A stretch of DNA of 63,189 bases, filler included, from Octopus bimaculoides (lineage: Eukaryota): assembly GCF_001194135.2 (NCBI RefSeq). It is 4 parts of 4 records of this genome, joined end to end, with 100 filler letters (N's around TTAATTAATTAA, not from the genome) between each part and the next. Parts side by side here need not be neighbours in the genome. Positions count along the whole stretch, not along the records: positions 1 to 31,512 come from NC_068998.1; positions 31,613 to 39,368 come from NC_068989.1; 2 more parts are not named here. The stretch is one strand, 5' to 3'. Each line of letters opens with the position of its first letter. Within the stretch, counting starts at the first letter, position 1. Shown piece after piece: positions 22,621 through 35,001 of the stretch. The position numbers and the translations under genes are program-made. The notes below the pieces were generated by a model. That model worked only from the letters and a program-made list of their open reading frames with translations. It was not told the DNA's origin and ran no database searches.

Positions 22621-24215
22621 TTGAAAGTTTGACTGAGGACTGGCAAGCCAGAAGGCTGTACTAGGCTCAAATCTGAACTGGCAAGGTTTCTACAGCTGGA
22701 TGCCCTTCCTAACACTAACCATTCTGAGAGTGTAGTGCGTGCTTTTTACAAGCCACTGGCATGAGGGCCAGGGTGGTACTGGCATCAACCATGCTTGAAT
22801 AGTGCGTTTTATGTGCCACCAGCACTGGCAACGACCAAGCTTGAATGGTGCTATTTATGTGCCACTGGCACGGGACCAGTCAGGTAGCACTGGCATCGGC
22901 CTCAACAGATCTTCTCAAGCACAGTTTATTGCCTAATGATTGAAGGGTACTCTTAAATGGGCTGGCTATGCTACACTTTGGCTACAATTATGGTCTCACT
23001 TGGCTTCCCAGGTCTTCTCAAGTACAGCATATCTCCAAAGGTTTCAGTTGCTCGTCATCTCCTCCGTGAGGTCCAATGTTTGAAGGTCGTGCTTCACCAC
23101 CTCATCCCAGGTCTTCCTGGGTCTACCTCTTCCACAGGTTCCCTCCACTGTTAGGGTGTGATACTTTTCACACAGCTGTCCTCATCCATATGTAACAAAT
23201 GACCATACCAGCACAGTTGTCTCTCTTGCACACCACATCTGATGCTTCTTATGTCCAACTTTTCTCTCAGGGTGCTTACACTTTGTCGTGTATGTACACT
23301 GACATCACACATCCAGCGGATCATACTAGCTTCATTCCTTGCAAGCTTACACATGTCCTCAGTAGTCACAGCCCATGTTTCACTGCCATGTAGCATGGCT
23401 GTTTGCACACATGCGTCCTACAATCTGCCTTTCACCCTGAGTGAGAGGCCCTTTGTTACCAGCAGAGGTAGGAGCTCTCTGAACTTTGCCCAAGGTATTC
23501 TTATTCTAGCAGCTACACTCTCAGAGCATCCACCCCAGCTACTGACTTGGTCACCTAGGTAACGGAAGCTATCAACTACTTCTAGTTTTACCCCTGGCAT
23601 GTGACGGAAGCTGTTTTCTGCACATTTTCAGTGTTTATTGCTCCTGTGCATCTGCTACACACAAAATTTATCTTCTCAGTTAGCTTTCCTTTGGTATTGC
23701 TGCATCTCTTATGTGTCCATAGCTTGCACCAGGTACATCTTATGGAATTTCTACCTACACCTTTCCTACAGATTGAGCAGGGCCATCTACCTGAATGGAT
23801 TTGTGATTTGTCTGCCTTCCTACTTACTCATGACACAAAACATTAGCAAATGTTTTTCTCATCTGCTTCCCCTCTTGCTAAGTAAATCTGTCTCCTAGCT
23901 TCCCTTCTGGCAATCTGATACAGTTCCCTGCTACCACCCCACTTCCATGCCTGTGTCTTTTCGCTAATGGCCCTGTCAACTACATTGTTTCAACACCATG
24001 TTACTTTAGGTCGAGAGGGGGACTGTGCACCATCACAGATCTGATCAGTAGCCCTCAACAGGTTGTCCCGTAGGAACCCCCAGTTGTCCTCCACAGTATA
24101 GGATGCTATATCCTCCTCTTTTTTGTCAAAAGCTTCAATATGTCACCAAATCTCTTCTTTTCCATGCTTGTCATCTGGGCAGCCATTTACCCCTGATCCT
24201 GAAGTCATTAACTAC
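22621..24215 (-). mobile_element. RTE LINE copy D with internal deletion of the RT core
   Basis: Linker region (24215-23840) joins directly to the PHD region (~23825), then C-terminus and 3' UTR units; extreme tail is missing at the junction with copy C. Confidence 0.85.
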
Positions 24216-24218
24216 TAA

Positions 24219-24250
<32 letters not shown>

Positions 24251-24252
<2 letters not shown>

Positions 24253-26690
24253 TTAGAGGTGTACAAAACCTCTAAGGGATGGTTAAATCCAAAGGTGCTC
24301 CTGGTGATTAGCTGCGTAGGTACAGTCCTGGGTAAAGGTATACAGTAGCAGGTAATACATACAGGATGAAATCCCAGAACTCAAGGGTGGATTATACAGG
24401 GACGACGCACTTTTTATAATATATAAACCCTCAAATAGGAAACTAGAACTTATCAAGAAAAAACTACACAAATTCTTTTAAAGATTTGAACTATCTATTT
24501 CTATAGAAAAGGAACACAACTCCATTAACTACTTAGACGCAAACTGCAACTTAGCCACAGGACTCCATGAAGCCTATATAAATCCCAACACTAACCTCAA
24601 ATACATAAACACATCCAGTAACCATCCAAACTTTATTAAGAGATGTTTAGTACATAGCATTAGCAATAGAATATCACACCTCTCTTCCAACCAACATATT
24701 TTTAATAAGCATAAGGATATCTATAATATCGCACTAGATAAAGCAGGATTTAAACAAAAAATTAAATACCTAGACCCAATCACTATTCAAGTAACCTAAT
24801 TAACAGAAATCTACATGATACTGCCATTAACACTAACCACATGCTAAATATCACTACAAACTACACCAATAATAAGAACAGCATAGATAAGCCCAACAAA
24901 AACAATGTTAAGTCCCATACACAAAACACCAATAATATTACAAACAACAACAACATGAATACTAATGATGTGATAATCAATAAAATTAACAACATTAACA
25001 AGACTAATAACATCAATTATAAAAATAAGTTGAAAAATAATAAAAGCTATAATAAGAATAATACAAACCTACACATTGATAAGAATAAAAATAAAGAGCC
25101 CCAAAGAATAAAGATAAACCCTGTTAAAAACCATAACACCAGGTCATTGAGTCCACATAAACCACACAGAAATAACCTTAATAAAACAGACAGGAGGAAT
25201 AGGAAAGATAAACCCAACTATAGGAATAAACTTCATAGCCATAACTATAATTTCACACGCCTTACAAACAATGAGGGTAGTTTCTATACCAGACATAGCA
25301 ATACTAACAATACACATAATAGTGATAAGATCTGGCTTGTAATCCCTTTCGACATGCACCTCAAATCCAACATAATTCGCTCATTAATGAAAATAGTAGA
25401 TAAACACTTAAACATAAATAATAAATATGCAGCAATATTTACGAATAAAATTAGAGTAGGCCACAGCCTGACTACCATCATAGCCTCAATTAATAATAAA
25501 AAAAAACTAGACATTCTATGAAGCTAGGAAAATTAGGAACAATAAATCTAACAACCAACAGACTAGAACAAATCCCACCACTAATGAAGCACTTCCTAGT
25601 AACACAGACAAAGACCAGAGTAGCAATAGCCCCCCACAACATAACACAAACACAGATATACCTAATAATTTATGTGGCTGCAGAGATAGAAGTACCAATT
25701 CTCAACTACATGTAACATAAAAATGTAGTTTACCAATGTGACATGCACACAACGAGCCATATAAAATCCTATATAGGAGCCACGTAAAACCAAATGATAC
25801 TTTGCTACAACACACACCAATGTAGCTTCAGGAATAGGAGTAAGGCAAATTCAACAGGGCTTAGTAGCTATATCTGGGAGCTTAAGGACAAAAAAATAGA
25901 ATTTAGATTAGAATGGCACATACTCGCAAAAACTACTTCTTACAACTCTACCAATAGACGGTGTGATCTCTGTTTAACCAAATGCCTGGAAATTCTAACG
26001 GCTAAACCATCTCTTCTTAATACAAAATATGAGAACAGTTTTTTTTGTCTACATATAGCCCTTTTTGTCTTTTCCAAGTATCGGTAAACCTGCTTGACCC
26101 TGTATAAATCCTACGCTAGCTCCTTCATCTAAATAATACCATTTAGCCGGGAACCACTTAAACTACTTACACGCAAACATTCACCTCACAACCCCCACTC
26201 ACTTTACACACCCCATAATAAACTATTTTACACCTAAACAGGGGTTCCTCCATTACTACGAATTTCCTACAACTCTAATTTGAAAAGGTACATAAATACC
26301 TTACTCACCCCAGACTGAGTAATCCGGATAGAGTTAGCCCCATTTTCACCATGAGTTAGAGTCAACCCCCTTCCTTTACACCGCCAGTGAAAAGGCTAGC
26401 CAGAATAAACATGTGGAAAATATGCACCTACTTAAACTTGGGACTGCAGATCAAAATAACCTCCATCCTACATCCACTTTGCAGCAGAATTATTAACTAA
26501 GAAATCTACTATAGTGTAAGAATCTCACCATTCTTTGTCTTTACTCTCATTACCAATGAATGTATCCCTACGACTTTCGCTCTTCTCACTTCTACATATG
26601 ATTATGCATCGTGATGATGTCTATCACCACACAACTGGTAAACAAACAATTGTAAATGTACTATTACTACCGCTGTCCTTTATTAACTAA
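24251..26690 (+). mobile_element. 5'-truncated Penelope-like element (RT C-half, Asn-rich insert, GIY-YIG endonuclease, 3' region)
   Basis: GLYRDD at 24389-24406, INYLD, SSNHP linker, IWLVIPF, VVY (25725) ... YIG (25770), ELSSYIWELK-like segment, RCDLCL; stops and frameshifts present. Confidence 0.9.
26605..26660 (+). ncRNA. Decayed hammerhead motif at the 3' end of the Penelope-like element
   Basis: TGCAT-CGTGATGA-...-CAAAC-AATT-GTA-(A)ATGTA. Palindromic ACAATTGT stem III, 5-bp stem I; core has an insertion and GAAA is damaged. Confidence 0.5.
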
Positions 26691-26901
26691 TTAAATCAAT
26701 GCCAGCCAAAACTGTACCAAAGCACAATAATTATTTCAACACACAAGTTAAGATTAAATTCTTTGTGGAAACTATAGAAATATACCCAAATACATAGCAT
26801 GACATGAGAGCGATGTATTATGTTTAAGGTGTTCAGTACACATACCTGAGATAACACTGTTGTTTGAAATATAGGAGGGTTAACTGACATTGAAAACCTA
26901 C

Positions 26902-27089
26902 CTTCAGAAAACATGATTGAGATATAACTGTAGCTGGTTTCACAATCTCAACACTTGCTTCTCGCATAACATCTGCTTTCATGCAGTCCATTTTGAAACT
27001 ATAAACATTATTCCAATATGTCACATGTGAATAATACATATCTTGATCATTAATGGCAACAAGATATGTGAAACATTTGTTGGGGAAAA
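26902..27089 (-). CDS. PRMT3: PRMT3-like exon (dimerisation-arm region)
   Basis: Long poly-T tract, ttcttag|(V)FPNKCFTYLVAIND...YWNNVYSFKMDCMKADVMREASVEIVKPATVISQSCFLK|gtaggt; 188 nt, phase 1/0. Matches FWDDVYGFKMSCMK of PRMT3. Confidence 0.92.
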
Positions 27090-27399
27090 CTAAGAAAAAG
27101 AAAAAAAAAAAAAAAANNNNNNNNNNAAAAAAAAAAAAAAAAAAAAAAAAGGAAATTTTGTTAAAATCAAAGCAAACATGAGAGATATTTGAGATATTCT
27201 TAAAAAAGAAAAATTCTTTTTGGAAGATAAAAATATAAAAGAAAAATCCTAATTTTCAGGAATTCTTGACAGATTAACTGTTTTGCTGGACAACCTATGG
27301 TCATGCAATGATAATTTCTCATATAACCTATAACTTATATACCTACCATACATCATGAAGTACCTGAAACTTAACTTAAACAAATGCTGGGTATTAAAT

Positions 27400-28880
27400 A
27401 TAAATTTAATAAAAGAAATGCAGGTAGTTGTGTATTAGAACACTTATTAATCATTGTGTGCATAAAACTTCAACATTTTGTATCTTTGCTGCTAAATATC
27501 ATAAACAGTAGATCAGGGGTGTCAAATTCAATCGCACATGGGGCCAAAACTCAAAGCACACATTAGGTCATGGGCCGAACAGGATAAACATTTATTGACA
27601 GACCAAACCTTTTGAACATGAATTTGTATTGAACCAGATGGTAGTTAATTTTATTCCAAAAATAAATTAACTTTAACTTAAATTATTTAAAATAAAATTT
27701 GCTTTAACAGCAGCTTCACTTTGTGATTTTAATTTGGTTAAAAAAGTCTGTTGTAATGTGAGATTCCTCTTCAACTCGTCTACCTTTTGTTGCCTCTGCT
27801 CAGCAGTGTCCTGATGTTTTGTCTCAGAGTGGCATTTGAGATTATACACTTTAAGTACAGCAACATTAGCACCACAATTAAGACACATGGATTTGCCATC
27901 AATGTACTTGGTTTTCAGCATTGACTTTTCTCTTGGCCATTGATATAGATAGCTACTACTACTACTGAATGACATCATGTGAAAATGACCACCTTAAAGA
28001 ATGGTAAGGTGACTGTTGTGGTGCAAGATGGGATTAGTACATTTTGCGTCATCAGCACTTCACAACATGCGATTAGAGAATTGAAGGAGGCGTTTCCCAG
28101 CATGCTTTGTTGCAGTTACAATTAAGAATTGTGACTGTGTTACCATGTCACTTTAATGTGTTATTTTTGTATAGACAGGGTGTAATAGTTACAGTGGTGC
28201 TGTTTCTAGTTGTTTATTAAATTATTGCTACTTTTGGTAACATCCTTAGTAAGAAAGGTAGTGCAGTCATCCCTATATATATATATATATATATAATGTA
28301 ATGACCTGCATCAGCCACACACTATGTATATGTAGTTGTAACAAGAAGGCATGGGTGTTGCTGAGGGCAGCAAAGTACTCTATTTGCTGATGCCGCCATT
28401 TGGACCAATTTCATGCTGATATTAAAATAGTCCCACGAGCTGGATGAAATTGCTGCACAAACCGGAAGTGGCCTGTGGGCCAGGAGTTTGACATGTCTGC
28501 AGTAGATGAACCAATGCTACAGATATTAGACAGCTTATATACCAAAATACTACACCCCGTTTCTGCAACAGTTCTGCTTTATCTTTGATTGATATAGATT
28601 GATGTTTACATTTGACACTCTCAATTGTCTTATCTGTAGTAGCCACAGCTAAGGATAACTTTAAGCTAAATAAGGAGAGGATCTCTGAAATGTTTATACA
28701 ACCATAACAAGTGCAGTGTAAATAATGCATATAAATTCATAGTACACACAACAGCACCTGTAGTCATGCAGTTAACTTAGATTAGCATTCACAGGTATTC
28801 CAAGTGCTCTCTTGTAGTTTTTCCAGATTAAAGAAGGTGCCAGACCACCAGCTGCCAAAAAATCAGTGGTACACCTGTTT
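27400..28880 (-). mobile_element. Tigger/pogo-like transposase relic (CENP-B-type HTH), split by a hAT
   Basis: VKCKHQSISIKDKAELLQKRGV...KLSNICSIGSST|VYDI*QQRYKMLKFYA; the frame is continuous once 27514-28499 and one TSD are removed. Outer limits are approximate. Confidence 0.75.
27514..28499 (-). mobile_element. Internally deleted hAT (Charlie/SPIN-like) transposon, 986 bp
   Basis: TIRs CAGGGGTGTCAAATTC and rc CAGACATGTCAAACTC; perfect 8-bp TSD CAGTAGAT (27506-27513, 28500-28507); zinc-finger-like N-terminal fragment CLNC...YNLKCHSETKH at 27673-27930. Confidence 0.92.
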
Positions 28881-28919
28881 AATTAACAAATTGAACAAAT
28901 CTAACAGGACTGTCACTAT

Positions 28920-29950
28920 CAGTTTCATTTAATGTCTGTATACTAAGCTGGCATGGGTTGAATAGATCTACAGGAGTCAACTAACCTTAGGCCGCATTGG
29001 TCTCTACTGCTGTTTGGCAAGGTTTCTACAAATGGATGACCTTTATAATGACAACCACCTTGTAGAATGTAGTGGTTGTTTTATCATGGCACCAGCAATA
29101 GTAAGGTCATCAAGTAACTCACAAGACAAGACCCCTCGACAGAGTAAGGGTGCAGCACTGAGGTGGCTTTGTACCAAACTGTAAGAAGCTAATGTATAGA
29201 AAAGGGACAGGAACAAGTGTCTTGCTGTAGAAAAGATACATGGCTACCCCAGCAGGAAAGGGAGAAATAATGGTGGCGATGGGGTATTAGGGCATACCCT
29301 CAAAGTACAAGTAAGTGGATAAAGAGCGAATAGGGATAGAAAATCAAGGATGGCCTTAGGGGTGGGTAGATTTGCAAGAGTATGAAAAGTGAGTGATAAG
29401 CAATAGAGACAAAGACAAGTGAAAGCAGTGAATGGTGAACATGGATGGACGTTTAAGCAATGATGAGTGTCAATTCAGATGAGTGGATCATAGAAGAGGA
29501 GGAGATAGGTGATAATACATCAAATGACAAAATAAGTTGGATTGAAGAATAATAGTATAATAAAAAAGTAGATAGATGACAAATAGGGAGATGAAATGAA
29601 GTGTGAGGGTGAGAGAAGATGCACGGTAACTGAGAGAGAGGTCAGACATTAGTATGGATATAGTGAGTTTTAAACCCCACATTTTTGTTGAGATGGACAT
29701 GTCTTCTCAAGCAAAGAAAATCACCATTCATCTCAGTCCTTTGTCACCTCCTCTAAGAGTCTGAACATCTTGAGATCAACCTTCACCACTTTGTCCCATA
29801 TCTTCCACTTCTAGTGATTAGTACTTTTTTTATGCCTGTCCTCATTCATATGCATCACAGGACCATACTAACACACAACACAATTCTCTCTTGTGTATTA
29901 CATCTGATGCTGCTAATGCCCAAGTTATCTCTCAATACCTTTACACTTTA
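28920..29950 (-). mobile_element. 5'-truncated RTE LINE (pyrimidine-rich UTR subfamily)
   Basis: rc matches 2400-3580: ORF end at 29700-29950, TAGCCATGTATC unit near 29240, tail near 28920. Confidence 0.75.
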
Positions 29951-29957
29951 TCATATA

Positions 29958-30420
29958 CTAGCAGTATAGCTCGGCTTAGCCCGGGATTAAGTTAGGATTA
30001 TGAAGCTAATCAAGTTCTTTATTTCAAACCAAACTAAGTAACATCGACGTCAAATTTGGGCAAAATCTGTTGAAATTGGTAAGCTTTTGGTTGAAAATGA
30101 GTTGCAGACACTTTGATCGGGTTATCCCATAAGGAATAGGTTTATCGATTTTTTTTTTTCGTTTTTGGAGAACTTAAAGCATTGAAAGATCCCATGAGTC
30201 CTAAGTAATGCTGGCATCAAGTTTGAACAAAATACATCAAAATTGGTAAAAGTTATGGTTGAAAATGGGGTGTAGCCAATTTTATTGGGAAATCGTATAA
30301 GGAATCAGCTTATCGATTTAAATTTTATCCTGATTAAATGGAAAACTCCATAAGGAATCAGTTTATTGATTTTTCACCCCAAATAGGACTTAACCGAACA
30401 CAATATTGCTGATTCAAAAA
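29958..30420 (-). mobile_element. Helitron 3' portion
   Basis: Minus strand ends CCCGGGCTAAGCCGAGC-TATACTGCTAG|T, the same last 11 nt as the 10790-12412 Helitron; internal ~170-bp repeats; 5' end not located. Confidence 0.7.
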
Positions 30421-31158
30421 CATCTATATTTACACTTTAAAGTTTGTTTTCACACTTAACCCTGTTCTGCAGAATCAGTGTCGCAACGGGAGGTTTGTGC
30501 CTATCTCTACGTTCTGAGTTCAAATTCCGCCAAAGNNNNNNNNNNNNNNNNNNNNNNNNNNNNNNNNNNNNNNNNNNNNNNNNNNNNNNNNNNNNNNNNN
30601 NNNNNNNNNNNNNNNNNNNNNNNNNNNNNNNNNNNNNNNNNNNNNNNNNNNNNNNNNNNNNNNNNNNNNNNNNNNNNNNNNNNNNNNNNNNNNNNNNNNN
30701 NNNNNNNNNNNNNNNNNNNNNNNNNNNNNNNNNNNNNNNNNNNNNNNNNNNNNNNNNNNNNNNNNNNNNNNNNNNNNNNNNNNNNNNNNNNNNNNNNNNN
30801 NNNNNNNNNNNNNNNNNNNNNNNNNNNNNNNNNNNNNNNNNNNNNNNNNNNNNNNNNNNNNNNNNNNNNNNNNNNNNNNNNNNNNNNNNNNNNNNNNNNN
30901 NNNNNNNNNNNNNNNNNNNNNNNNNNNNNNNNNNNNNNNNNNNNNNNNNNNNNGTGTATTGTCTCTCTCTCTATATATACATGGTAGGAAGTAAATGCGA
31001 TTTAAGAAAGATGATTCAAAAATTCAGTTTGTAGGGAATAAATGCTTAACTGTCGATCGTATTTGGAAGAGACTGACAGGTATTTGCATGTATGTGTTTA
31101 TTTGTATGTATGTGTGTATTTGTAGGTATGTGTGTATGGGTGTGTATTCAAAAACACG

Positions 31159-31395
31159 TATATTTACAGTTTAAAGTTGGTTTTCACACTCAACCCCGTT
31201 TTGCAGAATCAGTGTTGCGACGGGAGGTTTGTGCCTATCTCTACGTTCTGAGTTCAAATTCCGTTGAAGTCGACTTTGCCTTTCATCCTTTTGGGGTCTA
31301 AAAAATAAGTACTAGTTGAACACAGGGGTTGATATAATAGACTATTCTCCACCTGCCCCAAGCCACCCTTGTGGGAAAAATTTTAAATAATAATA
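31159..31395 (+). mobile_element. SINE family 2 with flank, duplicated at 30425-30535
   Basis: GTTCTGAGTTCAAATTCCG B-box region; ~110 bp including upstream flank are highly similar across the gap. Confidence 0.7.
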
Positions 31396-31444
31396 ATGAC
31401 CTCTGCTGATCAAACTCCCAACCCACAACTAAGTGCTAAGTGTA

Positions 31445-31463
31445 TCTATACTATAAAAAGCAG

Positions 31464-31512
<49 letters not shown>
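31445..31512 (+). mobile_element. Helitron-like 5' end truncated by a scaffold join
   Basis: A|TCTATACTATAAAAAGCAGATTTT(GT)n. Confidence 0.5.
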
Positions 31513-31612
31513 NNNNNNNNNNNNNNNNNNNNNNNNNNNNNNNNNNNNNNNNNNNNTTAATTAATTAANNNNNNNNNNNNNNNNNNNNNNNNNNNNNNNN
31601 NNNNNNNNNNNN
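31513..31612. other. Artificial scaffold linker (also 39369-39468 and 54943-55042)
   Basis: Exactly 44 N + TTAATTAATTAA + 44 N each time; the palindromic 12-mer has stops in all six frames. Confidence 0.95.
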
Positions 31613-31650
<38 letters not shown>

Positions 31651-31683
31651 GCCTGAATATTTATAGAGATGAGTATATGTTCC

Positions 31684-32150
31684 TAGTATTGGAGCTATAT
31701 TTAGAATCAGAAATGTTACAATATATCCAACACCTACCAGAATTGGCGAAGCAAAGAAAACCCAATCCTTCCCAGAAAATTTCTTCTTAAAGAAATAAGA
31801 AGTGAATCACTAGAAGAGACAATGATACCTGCAAACGTAGCTTTATGCCGACTAGAAGCAGGATTTTTTCTTTTCCAATCGCGAAAAATACGACACGAAG
31901 AGAAACTAAAAACAATTGATGCAGTTATGTTTGCTGAAATCGCCAAACGAAGTGACAATAAATGTCATGAAAAATTGCAACGACTATGGAAAGAAGACAC
32001 GAAGCGAGAAGAAGAAAAATCCATAAAAATGTGGGCAATATCATAAGAGTGGTTCACTAATTATGGAAAAATTCTATGGAGAAAAATCCATTATGAAAAT
32101 GAAACCGCCTCAACAACAAAAAATACGAAGAAATCGAAGACAAACCTAAC
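31684..32150 (+). pseudogene. Decayed ORF of unknown, probably retroelement-derived, protein
   Basis: One frame with few stops: YWSYI*NQKCYNISNTYQNWRSKENPILPRKFLLKEIRSES...LQRLWKEDTKREEEKSIKMW..EWFTNYGK; charged and helical. Family not established. Confidence 0.45.
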
Positions 32151-32792
32151 ACCTAACACAGAGGAACCGGACTAAGGTATCGAACCTTAGTTACCCAAGA
32201 ACATATGTGGAAATGACCTCCATCTCACCCCAAGCACAGACTAGAAACCCATATTCTGCAATACATAACGTTGCAATAAGCCAACACATGAACTATAGAA
32301 GACAACCATCAACCCATATCAAATACCCTAAATGGATAAATACATGCGAAAAAGACACGAAACATGAATAACATACAGACAATCACCAACGCGTAATACC
32401 ATGTACCCTATATGGGAAGAAAGACAAAAAGAATACGGACAACACAGAAACCATACTATGAATAATCACTACAGTAACTCAAGCATCCCACGATTTACAA
32501 CCACAAATCCTATACATCCTGAATCGCCCAAGAAACATTGAAGATGGGACGAAAACAGAACTATAGGTAACGGAATTCGTAGAAAGAACATGAACCATAC
32601 CCTGCCTACATGAGAAACAGAACCCCGAAATCAGAAAATGTAGACACGGTAACAGAAAATTTTTATGAGCACACAGAACACATAGGCCCGAAGATCATAC
32701 TACTGTCAATACAATGGTAAATGACTAAATAAATAATTAATTAAATGAATGGGGAATACATGTTAAATTGAAGGGAGGGGGCTCCCTCTCAA

Positions 32793-32839
<47 letters not shown>

Positions 32840-33189
32840 TTATCTATCTACCTATCTTTCTACCTATCTATCTACCTATCTATCTACCTATCTATCTACC
32901 TATCTACCTACATTGTCCTGGGACCTCATTCTCCCCTCCATAAAAAAAAAAACAGAAAAACATAAATGTTCTCCTCTTCTAAACAAAATACAAACCATCA
33001 CTTTTATATAAATGATAAATGAACAACCTCTTTACATATTCACAAAATTTTATTTGGCAAGTTCGAAAAACGAATTAAAGCGCTAATAATAATGAATAAA
33101 TAATAAAGATCTTTCCAAAATTCTGGCGACCACCTTTTTTTTCTTCTTCTTTCAATATACCATTTCTGTACATCACTTCTAACACTCTA

Positions 33190-33900
33190 GGTGTGACTGT
33201 AGTAAGAAGCATGGTTCCCAACCACATGGTCCCGCGTTCAGTCCCACTGCATGGCACTATGGGCAAGTGTCTATAGCTTTGTGCCGATCATATATATAAA
33301 TACGACAAGCTTCTTTCAGTTTCCGTCTACCAAATCCACTCACAAGGCTTTGTGAATGTGCAAAGAGGTTGTTCATTTATATAAAGCATATGTTTTTTTT
33401 TTTGTTTGTTTCGTTTAGAAGAGAACATTGTCTGTTTTTCTGATTCTTTTTTGGGGGNNNNNNNNNNNNNNNNNNNNNNNNNNNNNNNNNNNNNNNNNNN
33501 NNNNNNNNNNNNNNNNNNNNNNNNNNNNNNNNNNNNNNNNNNNNNNNNNNNNNNNNNNNNNNNNNNNNNNNNNNNNNNNNNNNNNNNNNNNNNNNNNNNN
33601 NNNNNNNNNNNNNNNNNNNNNNNNNNNNNNNNNNNNNNNNNNNNNNNNGAGGTTCTAAGACAATGGAGATAGATGTATGTATGTATTTGTGTGTGTGTAT
33701 CTGCATTTGTTCCCACACCATCGATTGACAACCGATGTTGTTGCGTTTACGTCCCCGTAACGTAGCGGTTCGGAAAAAGAGCCCAATAGAATAAGTATTA
33801 GGCTTACAAAGAATTGGTCTTGGGGTCGATTTGTTCGACTAAAGGCAGTGCTCCAGCATGGTGGCAGGCAAATGACTGAAACAAGTAAAAGAATATTAAA
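33190..33900 (+). mobile_element. SINE family 1 pieces around a gap
   Basis: Head at 33190-33290, short inverted piece at 33305-33360, tail at 33680-33895. Further partial copies at 39575-39785, 40585-40730 and 44690-44840. Confidence 0.75.
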
Positions 33901-34841
33901 TATCTATCTTTCTATATATGCATTGCTTCTCAAATTACTGTATGGTTCGGGATTTGGTCCCATTATATGGCAACTACACAAATATCTATGACTGTAGTCT
34001 CGGCCCTTAGAAGCCCATTTAATATACATAGAGATAAAGTACGCGCGCGCGCACGTATACACACATAGTCACAAACACACACTTATGGATGTATATATGC
34101 ATGTATGTGAGTGTATCTATGTATGCATGTCATTTTGGTTCTAACACATCACAGCTTGAGAGGCAGCGCTGGTCTGGTAACCTAGCGGTTAGGCAAAGTC
34201 TTGATAGATTAAATGTAGGGCTTCAAAAAACAAGTACTGAGAGCAATTCGACAAAAACCATTGAGGATGGGGCACCGGCATTGCCCGAGACATATAGATG
34301 AAAGAAATAATAGCAAATGATAAAGATACGCATATATATATATATATATATATATATANNNNNNNNNNNNNNNNNNNNNNNNNNNNNNNNNNNNNNNNNN
34401 NNNNNNNNNNNNNNNNNNNNNNNNNNNNNNNNNNNNNNNNNNNNNNNNNNNNNNNNNNNNNNNNNNNNNNNNNNNNNNNNNNNNNNNNNNNNNNNNNNNN
34501 NNNNNNNNNNNNNNNNNNNNNNNNNNNNNNNNNNNNNNNNNNNNNNNNNNNNNNNNNNNNNNNNNNNNNNNNNNNNNNNNNNNNNNNNNNNNNNNNNNNN
34601 NNNNNNNNNNNNNNNNNNNNNNNNNNNNNNNNNNNNNNNNNNNNNNNNNNNNNNNNNNNNNNNNNNNNNNNNNNNNNNNNNNNNNNNNNNNNNNNNNNNN
34701 NNNNNNNNNNNNNNNNNNNNNNNNNNNNNNNNNNNNNNNNACACACATATATATTGCATATAAGTGTGTATATGTATATGTGTATAAGTAGATACCTTTA
34801 TGTATATCTATATGTATAAATCATGTACATGCGTACAAATA

Positions 34842-34883
<42 letters not shown>

Positions 34884-35001
34884 GTGCACCAGCATGACCG
34901 CAGCCACTTGGCTGAAACACATAAATAAATAAATAAATATATATATAACTAGTAATAGTAATTAATAGTAAGAGATGAATTTCGTATTAGACTTTTATTA
35001 G

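Noticed and set aside
28790-28876. Possible PRMT3 exon (TTDFLAAGGL resembles KYLAKGG)
   Set aside because: No upstream FESML motif and no phase-1 donor at the right place; it lies in the Tigger-like relic.
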